Assembly: GCA_945919795.1 (NCBI GenBank)
Contig: CAMEJJ010000014.1
Span: forward strand, 4,440-68,439
DNA: 64,000 bases
Direction: 5' to 3'
From: an uncultured Lachnospiraceae bacterium
Lineage (GTDB): Bacteria; Bacillota; Clostridia; Lachnospirales; Lachnospiraceae
The translations under genes and the position numbers were made by a program. Shown piece after piece: positions 35,252 through 45,723 of this stretch. Numbering within the stretch: position 1 is the first letter of the stretch; the number at the start of each line of letters is the position of its first letter. The notes under the pieces are model-generated. The model was not told where the DNA came from, ran no database searches, and saw nothing but the letters and a program-made list of their open reading frames with translations.

Positions 35252-36694
35252 TTACTCCGTTCCGGCAATCTGGTTCTTAACCGTCTGATCCAAATTCAGC
35301 AAAACGGTATTCACATCTTCTCCATCCCATATCTTGGTAAAAGCAATTTCAAGCTGTGCCCAGAAACTGGAAGTCCGCATCAGTTTTGGCATGGGAATGG
35401 ATATGGCATATTCATCCAAAGCCGCATAAATTGCAGTATTCTCATACAGAATATCTGTTTTCGCAGGAATTTTATCTGTCAGTGTATAAAAGTCTTCTCC
35501 CTGATTTGCAATCAGATAAGAAGCAAATCGGTTTGCAGCCTCTTCCGATTCACTGTATCCATTGATAACAACAGCATCTGTCACAGAAAGGCTTCTGGAT
35601 GCGAGCGTATCGCTTACCTGCGGTATCGCGGTAATGGCATACTCATATTGAAACTCGCCCTTTTCTTTTGCCTGTTTCAAGCGGTTGATGGCATCCGTAG
35701 TTGCAACCGTAAATACAATCTTTCCATCCATAAAATCCTGTAATACTTCTTCATAAGAAACCGAAGCACTATCAATGGAGAAAAACTGATTCAATTCCTG
35801 ATACCGTGACAGACAGTCAATCGCGGTCTGATTGTAAATATCGATCTGATTGAAATCATCTCCGTTTTCTCCACCGATACTGATACTGTCTCCTATAATA
35901 AAGTAATTATAAAAAATATCCGACACATCCCATTTAAAGACGGCCTCAACATTTTCCGGTGCATCATAGTATTCCGCAAAAGATAAAATCCGGTCAATCG
36001 AAACCGGCACCAGTTCCATTTCTTTATTCAGGATTTCATCTTCCGTAAGAGTAGTTTCAGCTGTTGCATCGGCTGTTGTATCAGCGGTTGCTAACATCTC
36101 CAGTTCCTCTACAGATTGTGCAGCATCAACCATTTCCTGTGCAGCTTCACCTTCAGCCGCATTTCTTTCTGCTTCAATGGTAGCAACAGCCATATCGTGC
36201 AAATAAGTCTCATTATAAATAAATAACGAAGTTTCAAAATACAACGGATAACCTAAAAGCTTATCCTGATATGTAACAGCAGACAATGCGGCCTTAGAAA
36301 AATGCTGTTCATTTACCAGTCCCTGCTCGTCCATAATGGGTGATGCCATGCCGGACAGATATGCCTTTTGTAACATGTCGTTGCTGACAATGTATAAATC
36401 CGGAGCGTTTTCCCCGCGAATCTGTGCATTATTAATCTGTTCAAGATATTGGACGCCGGAAACATAAGTTGGTATAACCCTCACGCCCTCATCTTCATAA
36501 TACTGCAATGCTGCTCTTGCCAGATAGTCTCCCAAAGCCTCATCCGTATACCAGATTTCTATATTCTCTTTTTTATGAAACAGTCCTTCATCCACAACAA
36601 CTACAGGTCCTGCATCCTGATTAACATATCCGGTCACTGCCGTAAATACTGTCATGAGTATAACCAGCAGAACGGAATAAATTCTTTTTGTCAT
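35252..36694 (-). CDS. Extracellular solute-binding protein (ABC-type, carbohydrate family-like), no adjacent permease genes
   Basis: 480 aa with an N-terminal signal anchor MTKRIYSVLLVILMTVFTAV and an SBP_bac_1-like length and pattern. Confidence 0.6.
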   Translation of the reverse strand: MTKRIYSVLLVILMTVFTAVTGYVNQDAGPVVVVDEGLFHKKENIEIWYTDEALGDYLARAALQYYEDEGVRVIPTYVSGVQYLEQINNAQIRGENAPDLYIVSNDMLQKAYLSGMASPIMDEQGLVNEQHFSKAALSAVTYQDKLLGYPLYFETSLFIYNETYLHDMAVATIEAERNAAEGEAAQEMVDAAQSVEELEMLATADTTADATAETTLTEDEILNKEMELVPVSIDRILSFAEYYDAPENVEAVFKWDVSDIFYNYFIIGDSISIGGENGDDFNQIDIYNQTAIDCLSRYQELNQFFSIDSASVSYEEVLQDFMDGKIVFTVATTDAINRLKQAKEKGEFQYEYAITAIPQVSDTLASRSLSVTDAVVINGYSESEEAANRFASYLIANQGEDFYTLTDKIPAKTDILYENTAIYAALDEYAISIPMPKLMRTSSFWAQLEIAFTKIWDGEDVNTVLLNLDQTVKNQIAGTE

Positions 36695-36786
36695 AGTATT
36701 TCCCAGTTCTATTTTTCTCTTTCAAGCGATATATTGTACTTTTATCACGAAAACATTTTTATCATGGAATCATTCCGACGATATTT

Positions 36787-36815
36787 CAACGGACAACTTC
36801 ACACTTTGTGCTCTC
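36787..36815 (+). repeat. Diverged fourth copy (opposite orientation) of the short dispersed repeat CAACGGA..CACTTTGTGCTCTC
   Basis: CAACGGACAACTTCACACTTTGTGCTCTC, compared with the minus-strand reading of 39163..39192, CAACGGACTGCTACGCACTTTGTGCTCTC. Confidence 0.6.
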
Positions 36816-36836
36816 ACGATCTGAATATCTTTACAA

Positions 36837-38027
36837 TCATAAACATGTTTTCAATATCGCAATCATTTCATCTACATGATTCTTGTTAATAATAAGCGGG
36901 GGTACAAACCGAATAATATTGGTTCCCGCATTAATCAAAATCAGACCACGGTCGAGTGCCTTTGTAATAATATCCCCTACCGGCTTTTTAAACACAAGTC
37001 CCTGCATCAGACCGCTTCCTCTGCGGGTTTCGACATCTTCACAACCTGCTGCCACTTCATCCAGTTTTCCTTCCAGATACGCGGATACTTCTCTGACATT
37101 TTCTAAAACATTCTGTTTTTCAAATAATTCAAAAACTTTACAGATGGCTGCACATGCCAAAGGATTTCCACCATATGTGGTACCGTGGTCTCCGGCAGTA
37201 AGCGATGCCTGTCCGACTTTTTCATTTAATAAAAACGCACCCACAGGAACGCCGCAGCCAAGTGCTTTTGCCGTCGTCATAATATCCGGTTTTACACCGT
37301 ATTTCTGCCATGCATACATATATCCGGTTCGTCCCATACCACACTGGATTTCATCCAATATCAATAAAATATCTTTTTCATCACAGATAGCACGAACGCC
37401 TTTTAAAAATTCTTCTTCTACCGGATAGATTCCGCCCTCGCCCTGAACGGTTTCAAAAATGATTGCACAGGTCTTATCCGTAATCTGTGCTTTCACACTT
37501 TCCAGATCATTAAAATCCGCAAACCGGATATTTCCGATCATGGGCTCAAAAGCCTCTCGATAATGTGGATTGCCTGTGACAGACAAAGCTCCCATGGTAC
37601 GACCATGAAAGGAATGATTCATGGCAATGATTTCATGATCCGTCTTTCCATCTTTTAAAAAGGCATATTTTCTTGCCGCTTTGATTGCACCCTCGATTGC
37701 CTCCGCGCCAGAATTGGTAAAGAAGACCCGGTCAAGTCCCGATACCTCTTTCATCTTTTTGGCAGCTTCAATCGCCGGTGCATTGTAATAATAATTGGAA
37801 GTATGAATCACTTTATCAATCTGATCTTTCAATGCCTGATTATATTCTTCGTTGCCATAACCAAGCGCAAAAACAGCAATACCGGACACAAAATCCAGAT
37901 ATTCCTTTCCATCCATATCATATAAATGAACATCTTTTCCATGATCCAAAACAATCTGATAACGATTGTATGTATGCAAAAGTGCACTTTCCGCTTCCTC
38001 TATGTAAGCTCGCATTTTTTCACTCAT
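36837..38027 (-). CDS. argD: Acetylornithine aminotransferase
   Basis: Class III aminotransferase pattern SGAEAIEGAIKAARKY, DEIQCGMGRTG, TTAKALG; adjacent to argB. Confidence 0.85.
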   Translation of the reverse strand: MSEKMRAYIEEAESALLHTYNRYQIVLDHGKDVHLYDMDGKEYLDFVSGIAVFALGYGNEEYNQALKDQIDKVIHTSNYYYNAPAIEAAKKMKEVSGLDRVFFTNSGAEAIEGAIKAARKYAFLKDGKTDHEIIAMNHSFHGRTMGALSVTGNPHYREAFEPMIGNIRFADFNDLESVKAQITDKTCAIIFETVQGEGGIYPVEEEFLKGVRAICDEKDILLILDEIQCGMGRTGYMYAWQKYGVKPDIMTTAKALGCGVPVGAFLLNEKVGQASLTAGDHGTTYGGNPLACAAICKVFELFEKQNVLENVREVSAYLEGKLDEVAAGCEDVETRRGSGLMQGLVFKKPVGDIITKALDRGLILINAGTNIIRFVPPLIINKNHVDEMIAILKTCL

Positions 38028-38177
38028 TGTATTATCTCCTCACGTCACAATCCTTATACGTATTCTAGTGCAATGGTTTCTAAATTGCTATAATAACTTC
38101 TTCCGTTTACTGCATTATCTTCGGTCAACACTAACGCCGATCATTTATCATTTGTTTCCATAACGCATCAATATAAT

Positions 38178-39110
38178 TTACAGACCGTGCTCCGGGCAGA
38201 ACTTATCGCGCTGAATCCCCTTGGCAAGATTATCATCATCCGATAAAATGGCAGTTCCGATACCTTGTTTAGTAAAGATTTCCAAAAGGAGACAATGCGG
38301 AACTCTTCCGTCTAAGATATGAACCCGTGATACGCCGCATTTAATTGCAGAAGTACAGTTATTTAACTTCGGCAGCATACCTCCGCCGATTACACCGCTG
38401 TCAATCAACTCATCCGCTTCCGATGCAGTCAGTCTGGAGATAAATGTACTCTTATCATTAATATCACGATATAGGCCTTCGATATCCGTTAAGAATACCA
38501 GTTTATCTGCACCTACGGCTTTTGCGATAGCACAGGCGGCATCATCAGCATTGATATTGTAGGTCTCATAATTATCATCCAGTCCGATCGGAGCTACGAT
38601 GGGGAGGAAATCATTATCTAAAAGATCATATAAAATCTTACTGTCTACTTCTTTGATATTGCCAACGTAACCAATATCCTTTCCGTCGGAATATTTTTTT
38701 TCAACCTTTAATAAACCGCCATCTTTTCCACTGATTCCTACGGCCTTCACACCCAGCTCCTGAACCATGGTAACCAGACTTTTATTGACACGGGAAAGAA
38801 CCATTTCTGCAATTTCCATGGTCTCTGCGTCTGTCACACGAAGTCCGTTGATAAACTCAGCCTCTTTTCCGACTTTTCCAACCCATTTACTAATGGCTTT
38901 TCCACCACCATGCACAATAATCGGTTTAAATCCGACAAGTTTCAGCAAGGTAACATCTTTGATGACATTTTTTTGTAATTCCTCATCACTCATAGCACTT
39001 CCGCCATATTTAACCACAATGATTTTTCGGTTAAATCTCTGAATATAAGGTAATGCCTCTATTAAAACCTCTGCTTTCTGCATGATTTTTTCCATTTCTC
39101 TTTGTTCCAT
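38178..39110 (-). CDS. argB: Acetylglutamate kinase
   Basis: [15 protein letters not shown], and the pattern [13 protein letters not shown]. Confidence 0.9.
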   Translation of the reverse strand: MEQREMEKIMQKAEVLIEALPYIQRFNRKIIVVKYGGSAMSDEELQKNVIKDVTLLKLVGFKPIIVHGGGKAISKWVGKVGKEAEFINGLRVTDAETMEIAEMVLSRVNKSLVTMVQELGVKAVGISGKDGGLLKVEKKYSDGKDIGYVGNIKEVDSKILYDLLDNDFLPIVAPIGLDDNYETYNINADDAACAIAKAVGADKLVFLTDIEGLYRDINDKSTFISRLTASEADELIDSGVIGGGMLPKLNNCTSAIKCGVSRVHILDGRVPHCLLLEIFTKQGIGTAILSDDDNLAKGIQRDKFCPEHGL

Positions 39111-39170
39111 GATAATTGCCTCTTTCTACTGTCTTTTTATCGTTTTACAATTATGATACCGGGGAGAGCA

Positions 39171-39192
39171 CAAAGTGCGTAGCAGTCCGTTG
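39171..39192 (-). repeat. Short dispersed repeat, copy upstream of argB
   Basis: Plus strand CAAAGTGCGTAGCAGTCCGTTG. The same 22-mer, with one mismatch, occurs at 46672..46693 and 63122..63143. Confidence 0.7.
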
Positions 39193-39231
39193 ATTTCTGA
39201 CTTTTGCCTCTTACCGGATTACAAACTACTT

Positions 39232-39675
39232 CTATTGATTAAATGCCTCAATATTAGCCGTATTTAATGTAAAATCATAATAGTTCAAATCTTTTCGGCC
39301 GGTCCAGCCAATCTCTTTCCAAAATGCATTTCCAACATCATTTTTCGTAAATGCAATCAGGGAAACTTTGTTTATTTTCTCTTTCCGCAGAGCTTCCATG
39401 GCAAACACAACCATGCTTTTCCCGATTCCCTTCAAACGATACTCAGGATCTACACATACATGATACATACAGCCTCTTCTGCCGTCATGCCCGCAAAGAA
39501 TGGCTCCTACAATCTTCCCGTCTTCTTCCGCCACCACACTGATGCCCGGATTTCTATTTAAAAAGCGCTCCACACCTTCTTTGGAATCATCAATGCTGCG
39601 AATTGCAAAGCCCTTGATTTTCATCCATAATGCATGAACGTTTTCATAATCTTCCAATGTCATTGCTCGAATCAT
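39232..39675 (-). CDS. GNAT-family N-acetyltransferase
   Basis: 147 aa, HVCVDPEYRLKGIGKSMV (acetyl-CoA binding motif A). Confidence 0.8.
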   Translation of the reverse strand: MIRAMTLEDYENVHALWMKIKGFAIRSIDDSKEGVERFLNRNPGISVVAEEDGKIVGAILCGHDGRRGCMYHVCVDPEYRLKGIGKSMVVFAMEALRKEKINKVSLIAFTKNDVGNAFWKEIGWTGRKDLNYYDFTLNTANIEAFNQ

Positions 39676-39687
39676 TTGTTTTCTCCT

Positions 39688-39864
39688 CTACATCTGATGC
39701 CGTACAATCAGATATTCATCATCCAGCTGATAATAGGGACATTCCTTATAATTGCCGCTTAAAAACCTGCTCATTTCATCTTCATCCAGATCACAGTCAC
39801 AGCAATAACATTCATAATCTTCATCATATATGTAATTGACACATGTGTCACAACTGTCTGCCAT
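39688..39864 (-). CDS. Small Cys-rich protein (DUF6472-like, 58 aa)
   Basis: Trimmed to MADSCDTCVNYIYDEDYECYCCDCDLDEDEM..CPYY, with GGGAGG upstream. Confidence 0.55.
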   Translation of the reverse strand: MADSCDTCVNYIYDEDYECYCCDCDLDEDEMSRFLSGNYKECPYYQLDDEYLIVRHQM

Positions 39865-40139
39865 AACCTTTTCCTCCCAACCATAATGCAACACTCTTGC
39901 TATATGATACTGAATGACCTTGTGAAATTCAAGATATTGTAAGTATAAACTCAATCTTTTCGCAATATTTTCATATTAAGTAAGTGCCAAAAGTATAATT
40001 TGCAATGTGCTTGCACAAATAGAGGCAATGATATACATCAATAAAGTGGCAAAATTTGCTTTTGACACTCACATATCATATACCTTATTGTAAGCAAAAG
40101 CAAATTCTGCCATTTCAAGCATATCATCATATCATGTTC

Positions 40140-41315
40140 TTATATGTCTTTTTCCAGGGAAGCAAATAATCCTTCCAGATATTCTCTTGCCGCCTTTACA
40201 CCACCACAGCATTTAAATCCTTTTGAAATGTCTTTTGCTGCCGACTTGTAATTTTCATTGTCAAGCACTTCTTCTATCGTCTGGCGTATAACATCCTTCT
40301 CTGTAGACGGCAATTTCACGCCGGCACCAAGCTCTTCTACCCTCTTTGCAACTGCGCCCTGCTCGGGTGTCTGTGGAAATAAGATAAGTGGCACTTCATA
40401 ATATAAAGCTTCTGAAGTTGAATTCATTCCACAGTGCGTCAGAAATATATCTGCAATGGACAGCACAGCCATTTGATCTACGGAATCATACACTTTAATA
40501 TGATTGGGCAAATCCACATACTCTTCCACATTTTCACCTAAAGAAATAATTACCTGATAGTCGGTATCCCGAAGTGCATCCACGCAATTTTTGTAAATTT
40601 CTTTATTCTTCATTACCGTTCCCATGGATATATATATGGTCTTTTTGGCCGTCTTCTCCATTGGACTTAAAACCGGTCTGATGGAAGGACCAATAAAACA
40701 ATATTTATCCGAAAATGTATCCGCACATGGCTGGAATTCCTTCGAAGTATATACAATCGTATTGGTTTCATTATCATTTTTTACGACTTCCAAAATGCTT
40801 TTTACAGGATATCCTTTCTCCTGTAATTTTTTCATTTCCTTATTAATTTTAGGCATGGAAAACAGCATTTTAAACAATTCGCCAATTCCCTGATTCATGT
40901 ACCTTGAAGAATGGTCATTGAACGCAAAGGTTGTTGTCGATGAAACATATGGAATATGATACTTCATTGCTATAAGCTTTCCCCAGTATGCAACTGAATC
41001 GGATACAATCAAATCCGGTTTAATCTCTGCAACTTTTTTTGCAACCATATCATCCAAAGCCAATGTTGAGCGCACCAGAAGTTTCGTGGCAAAAACCATA
41101 TCCTTCCCTACGCGGTCTCCATTTTCCTTATCTTCCATTTCAAAATCATATCCATCACAAGGTACGAACTCAGCCCCGGCATTTTCAATTTTTTCACGGA
41201 ACTGTTCAAAAGAAAAGTAAACAATTTCATGACCGGCTGCTGTCATTTCTTTTACCAGCCCCAATGTCGGATTCGTATGTCCATGAGCCGGAATACAAAA
41301 CCATGCTATTTTCAT
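40140..41315 (-). CDS. Macrolide-glycosyltransferase (MGT) family UDP-glycosyltransferase
   Basis: MKIAWFCIPAHGHTNPTLGLVKEM and the C-terminal THCGMNSTSEALYYEVP signature. Confidence 0.8.
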   Translation of the reverse strand: MKIAWFCIPAHGHTNPTLGLVKEMTAAGHEIVYFSFEQFREKIENAGAEFVPCDGYDFEMEDKENGDRVGKDMVFATKLLVRSTLALDDMVAKKVAEIKPDLIVSDSVAYWGKLIAMKYHIPYVSSTTTFAFNDHSSRYMNQGIGELFKMLFSMPKINKEMKKLQEKGYPVKSILEVVKNDNETNTIVYTSKEFQPCADTFSDKYCFIGPSIRPVLSPMEKTAKKTIYISMGTVMKNKEIYKNCVDALRDTDYQVIISLGENVEEYVDLPNHIKVYDSVDQMAVLSIADIFLTHCGMNSTSEALYYEVPLILFPQTPEQGAVAKRVEELGAGVKLPSTEKDVIRQTIEEVLDNENYKSAAKDISKGFKCCGGVKAAREYLEGLFASLEKDI

Positions 41316-41359
41316 CTCTTATGCCTTCCTTTTATACCTTTCTTTTCGCTTTTTCTTTG

Positions 41360-41701
41360 CTATTTTTTTAGATAGGTTTTCATCAATTTATGATGATACC
41401 AAATCATAATTGGTATAGGAATTATGATTCCGCCACACATGGGAATCACACACCAGACTGTGTCGCCCATCATGGCGCCTATCCCATAGGATACCATAAT
41501 AATTACACTGTAAAACAGCCACATCAGTCCATGCTTTTTATTCCATGCCTTTACATCAGACAGTTCATCTTCTCTTGGTGGCTTCTCGCCGGAATAAAAT
41601 CCTACCGGAGATTTGCTTTTCAATTGAAAAATTCCAATTCCTGCCATAAACATGGCCACCATCAGATATATTACAAAACCAAAGACATTTTCTGCATTCA
41701 T
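41360..41701 (-). CDS. Small membrane protein
   Basis: Three hydrophobic segments. Start trimmed to ATG 41701 (GGAG 6 nt upstream). Confidence 0.55.
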   Translation of the reverse strand: MNAENVFGFVIYLMVAMFMAGIGIFQLKSKSPVGFYSGEKPPREDELSDVKAWNKKHGLMWLFYSVIIMVSYGIGAMMGDTVWCVIPMCGGIIIPIPIMIWYHHKLMKTYLKK

Positions 41702-41710
41702 ACGCAACTC

Positions 41711-42772
41711 CTACGGAAACATCGGTACAAGATCCAGTCCTTCATCTTCGGGAAGATCAAATAACAGATTCATGTTCTGAACTGCCTGTCCGGCAGCACC
41801 CTTTACCAGATTATCGATGGCACCCATCATAATGATGCGACCGGTACGTTCATCAATCTTAAAGTTGATGTCCACATAATTACTTCCTTCCACCCATTTG
41901 GTTTCCGGATAAACACCCTTTTCCAGCACACGGACAAACTTCTCATTTGCATAGTATTTATCATAGGCTGCCTTGATTTCCTCATAGGTCGGTAGGCTGC
42001 CGTCGGCTTTTCTCTTAAGCATTGCATATTCTGTAGCCAGAATACCTCTGTTCATGGGTACAAGGTGCGGAGTGAAATTGATGAAGATAGGTTCACCTGC
42101 CGCATACCCCAACTGTTCCTCAATCTCCGGAGTATGACGATGGGTTGCCACTCCATAAGCCTTGATATTCTCATTCACTTCACAATAAAGGTTATTGACT
42201 TTTGCACCTCTGCCGGCTCCGGAAGTGCCGGATTTAGCATCCACGATCAGTGTATGAACATCAATGAGACCTTCCTTGACAAGCGGATATGCAGTCAGAA
42301 TGGAACAGGTCGTATAGCAACCGGGATTTGCCACCAAACGTGCTTTTTTCACATCTTCTCTGTTAATCTCACAAAGACCATAAACAGCCTCCTCGATATA
42401 CTGCGGAGATTTATGCTCGATACCATACCACTTTTCATATACAGAGACATCTTTAATTCTGAAATCCGCACTCAAGTCCACAATCTTTACTTTGCTTAAA
42501 ATGTTTTCATTGACTAAGGATGCACACAGCCCCTGAGGTGTCGCCGTAAAAATCACATCCACCTGATCGGCAAGCTGCTCCATGTTGTCATCCATACATT
42601 TATCATCTACTATCTGAAACATATTTCCGTAAACAGAAGAATACTTTTGGTCTATATAACTTCTGGAGCCATACCAAACAATTTCCGCATCCTTGTGTTG
42701 CGTTAAAAGTCTTACCAATTCGCCTCCCGCATAGCCTGTTGCTCCGATAATTCCTACTTTAATCATTTTCAT
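41711..42772 (-). CDS. argC: N-acetyl-gamma-glutamyl-phosphate reductase
   Basis: VGIIGATGYAGGELVRLL, catalytic NPGCYTT. Confidence 0.9.
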   Translation of the reverse strand: MKMIKVGIIGATGYAGGELVRLLTQHKDAEIVWYGSRSYIDQKYSSVYGNMFQIVDDKCMDDNMEQLADQVDVIFTATPQGLCASLVNENILSKVKIVDLSADFRIKDVSVYEKWYGIEHKSPQYIEEAVYGLCEINREDVKKARLVANPGCYTTCSILTAYPLVKEGLIDVHTLIVDAKSGTSGAGRGAKVNNLYCEVNENIKAYGVATHRHTPEIEEQLGYAAGEPIFINFTPHLVPMNRGILATEYAMLKRKADGSLPTYEEIKAAYDKYYANEKFVRVLEKGVYPETKWVEGSNYVDINFKIDERTGRIIMMGAIDNLVKGAAGQAVQNMNLLFDLPEDEGLDLVPMFP

Positions 42773-43075
42773 TCGTCCTTTCTTGCTGCGAAACTACGCA
42801 TACATTGTTATTTTACTAAACCATGATTGTAAATTCAAGGATATTAGAGTTACGTCTGGTAAAAACTGCATAATTTATCTCAATCATAGATTTGTGAATT
42901 ATGTGGCAGCCTTTACAATTTTGTGATATTTTAGATGTAAAGGTCGAAAAGTCAAATACCGTTCCTGCTTGCAGGAAAAGGGATTTGAATTACGAAAGTT
43001 GCAAAGCAACGGAGCAATTCGTTTATATCGTTTATATTGTAAACGACGATAAGGGATTTGAAGGAGCGTATTAGC

Positions 43076-43369
43076 GTGAATGTCATTATGGTCATTGCAT
43101 CATATTTAATCTTTTTTAATCTGTTAGGTTTGATTTTAATGGGAATCGATAAACATAATGCCAGAAAAAAAATTTGGCGTATTCCTGAGTCAACTCTCTT
43201 TTCTGTTGCATTTTTCGGTGGCAGTCTGGGTACCACAATTGGCATGTTTTTATTTCACCATAAAACAAGACATTGGTATTTTTTATATGGAATGCCACTG
43301 ATTTTATTTCTACAACTGGCACTTTGTTACTATTTAACGCATGCATCATTAAACATCACCATACTATAA
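43076..43369 (+). CDS. DUF1294-family membrane protein
   Basis: GIDKHNARKKIWRIPESTLF..FGGSLGTTIGMFLFHHKTRH. GTG start with GGAG 9 nt upstream. Confidence 0.7.
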   Translation: MNVIMVIASYLIFFNLLGLILMGIDKHNARKKIWRIPESTLFSVAFFGGSLGTTIGMFLFHHKTRHWYFLYGMPLILFLQLALCYYLTHASLNITIL

Positions 43370-43390
43370 TGTAAAGGGGAGGTAATCAAA

Positions 43391-44080
43391 ATGTATATTG
43401 CTGTACTTGCAGATAATATTGCAGACCGCAAACAGACGGAAAGACTTTTGGGACGTGCCAATGATGTCCTGTCAAATGAGACCGGAACTTTATATATCGA
43501 TTCTTATGGAGATTCCCAAAGTCTGATGCGTGCCCCCATGAAATATGAGCTCTTTTTTCTGGATATCTATGAAACCGAGGATCATGGCAGATCTGTTATA
43601 GATGCATTAAAAAGTGCTAATGTTCCCGGTAAAATTGCATTAATTCTGCCGGAAGACATTCCTTTTTCCTATCAAAATGTCATCGAAGGACTACTAACCA
43701 TTCAAAAACCCCTAATTGCAGCAACACTTCACCAGCTAATCAAAGACGCGCATAAAGAACAAATGCAAACTATCGTTCCGAAAGTAGAGATTCGAAGTGA
43801 AAATGAAACTTACTATGTTCCTTTGGAGCAGATAATTTATGCCCAGGAAATCAATCACTTTGTTTATGTACATTTAGACAACGGTTCTACTCTCACCATG
43901 CTTGGGGAAATCAGGGATTTTTATCGCTGGGTAAATAACCATAAAGAATTTGTCCTGATAAAAAAAGACACGGTTCTAAATCTAAACCATGTCATTTCTT
44001 CATCCAAAAAGGAATATCATATGTCAAATGGCGAGGTTATCACACTTCCCCGCTTTTCATTCCTCAAACCGCAACAATAA
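43391..44080 (+). CDS. LytTR-family DNA-binding regulator with receiver-like N-terminus
   Basis: The C-terminal ~100 aa (YYVPLEQIIYAQEINHFVYVHLDNGSTL...) are LytTR-like. The N-terminal CheY-like region is atypical. Confidence 0.65.
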   Translation: MYIAVLADNIADRKQTERLLGRANDVLSNETGTLYIDSYGDSQSLMRAPMKYELFFLDIYETEDHGRSVIDALKSANVPGKIALILPEDIPFSYQNVIEGLLTIQKPLIAATLHQLIKDAHKEQMQTIVPKVEIRSENETYYVPLEQIIYAQEINHFVYVHLDNGSTLTMLGEIRDFYRWVNNHKEFVLIKKDTVLNLNHVISSSKKEYHMSNGEVITLPRFSFLKPQQ

Positions 44081-44897
44081 TGCCGCCATCATTGGCATAC
44101 ATACTACTGATACCTCTCGTATCTAAAATATTAATTGAGGCAAACAAGCCGGTCTTTTCTAATATGTCCTTTACATATAAAGCTCTTTTTTTTGCATTGC
44201 AATGTGAAATCATCAAATCTCTGCCGGGGGTAATCTGCTTATCTTTTACGATTTCTTCACACATACTGATCAAAGCTTTTCGCACTCCGATTTTTTGTCC
44301 TAACTGGGTAATCGTTCCCGTATTATCCGCACTCATAACAGGTTTGATATTTAATGTAGATGCCACAATTGACTTAATTCCGGTCAGTCTTCCGTTTTTG
44401 CGCAGAGTATCCAGATTATCAAGAACAAAATATGTGGTCTGATCATCTTTATACTGCTCGCCCTGAATTACAACCTGTTCAAAATCAAGTCCTGATTCCT
44501 TCAATTCAAAAATTTTCAATCCAAGTAAAGTTTCCCCAATAGAGGCAGAACAAGAATCAAACACATGAATTTTGGCATCCTCATGATCTTCATAATACAT
44601 TTCCATAGCTGTCCTTGCACTGTTATAGCTTCCACTCAGACTACCGGACAATGTCACGATATATACTTCATCACAACCATCAAAATGCTCCATATATTGC
44701 TCCGGCGAAGGACATGCCGATTTCGGGCAGGCATCCGTACGAGTTAATATATCTAAAAACTCTGCCTGATTGAAGGTTTCGTCATCAACCTGATGCCATT
44801 CCCCAACCTGCAACTTTAAAGAAACATGCTGAAAAACAGGATTTTCTTCCATTTCCTTAGTAAATTCACCGCAGCTATCAATTAATATTTTGTACAT
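44064..44897 (-). CDS. DegV-family fatty-acid-binding protein
   Basis: Trimmed to MYKILIDSCGEF; PKSACPSPEQY, TLSGSLSGSYNSA. Confidence 0.85.
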   Translation of the reverse strand: MYKILIDSCGEFTKEMEENPVFQHVSLKLQVGEWHQVDDETFNQAEFLDILTRTDACPKSACPSPEQYMEHFDGCDEVYIVTLSGSLSGSYNSARTAMEMYYEDHEDAKIHVFDSCSASIGETLLGLKIFELKESGLDFEQVVIQGEQYKDDQTTYFVLDNLDTLRKNGRLTGIKSIVASTLNIKPVMSADNTGTITQLGQKIGVRKALISMCEEIVKDKQITPGRDLMISHCNAKKRALYVKDILEKTGLFASINILDTRGISSMYANDGGIIVAV

Positions 44898-44968
44898 AAC
44901 AATCTCCGTATACTTCGATGTAGTTTTAATTACTACATATAATAGCACATAATAATACATTTGAAAAG

Positions 44969-45021
44969 ATAAATATTGAAAATTGTTGTGAAGCTATAAA
45001 TATCGAAAATTGTTGTGAAGC
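44969..45021. repeat. Two tandem ~26-bp repeats in the degV / 45156 divergent intergenic region
   Basis: ATAAATATTGAAAATTGTTGTGAAGC followed by TATAAATATCGAAAATTGTTGTGAAGC. Confidence 0.8.
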
Positions 45022-45155
45022 GGAAATAACTTTTACTTTCTTTGCATAAAAGACCACATTGGCTTCATTGCCATTATGGAAAGACTGGAAAGCATCTCTA
45101 AAATATGCTAAGCTAATACCGTCGAAAGTAATCTATATATAACTTGGGAGGCAAT

Positions 45156-45665
45156 ATGATTTCAATTGAAATAACCGGAATCAAAGATTTTATGAATAAA
45201 CTGCTTGGCAGTGAGGCATTTGACAGTTTTTGTCTGGAAGAAGCCACTATTGTCACCTTCAACACTTTCGTCATCGACGGCCACACTGTTAATTCTTTTT
45301 TTAAAGGCACTGATAATGCCGGAAATCCCATGGAAATTCCCGGCCCCTTTTCTTCCTGGAAACAGATGCGCCCCATCTGCTTTTCCCTGATTAAAGGAAA
45401 TCGTTCACCGGTATCTTTTAAATTAGTTCTTCATGCCGGAGACCATTATCTGGAACGGTTAAAATCTAATTCACAGACATATCCCAATGCATCACATATC
45501 AAATCGCTTGCAGTCAATATCCGTTTTGAAAACGGCTCTTTAAAATGCATTACAGGTACTTCCTATGATACCTTCATCATGGACAAAACCATTGATAATG
45601 TCTGGGACGGAGACTTTGTGTCCTCCCTTACCGCCATGGGCATCCAATTTAAGCTACTGTCATAA
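45156..45665 (+). CDS. Conserved hypothetical protein
   Basis: MISIEITGIKDFMNKLL..., with GGGAGG 6 nt upstream. Confidence 0.6.
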   Translation: MISIEITGIKDFMNKLLGSEAFDSFCLEEATIVTFNTFVIDGHTVNSFFKGTDNAGNPMEIPGPFSSWKQMRPICFSLIKGNRSPVSFKLVLHAGDHYLERLKSNSQTYPNASHIKSLAVNIRFENGSLKCITGTSYDTFIMDKTIDNVWDGDFVSSLTAMGIQFKLLS

Positions 45666-45723
45666 ACATTGGCGGCTTTTGTTATCATAAACAGAAACCA
45701 CTATATCAGGATGCTTTCAGATA

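Noticed and set aside
39232-39675. GNAT gene as a short-form N-acetylglutamate synthase
   Set aside because: The only support is its position next to argB. The sequence shows only generic GNAT motifs. It is mentioned under the arg cluster finding as something to test, not as a call.
42860-42920. ArgR (ARG box) operator upstream of argC (TGCATAATTTAT.., TGTGAATTATGT)
   Set aside because: These are AT-rich partial matches only. I cannot show a convincing 18-bp ARG-box pair by eye.
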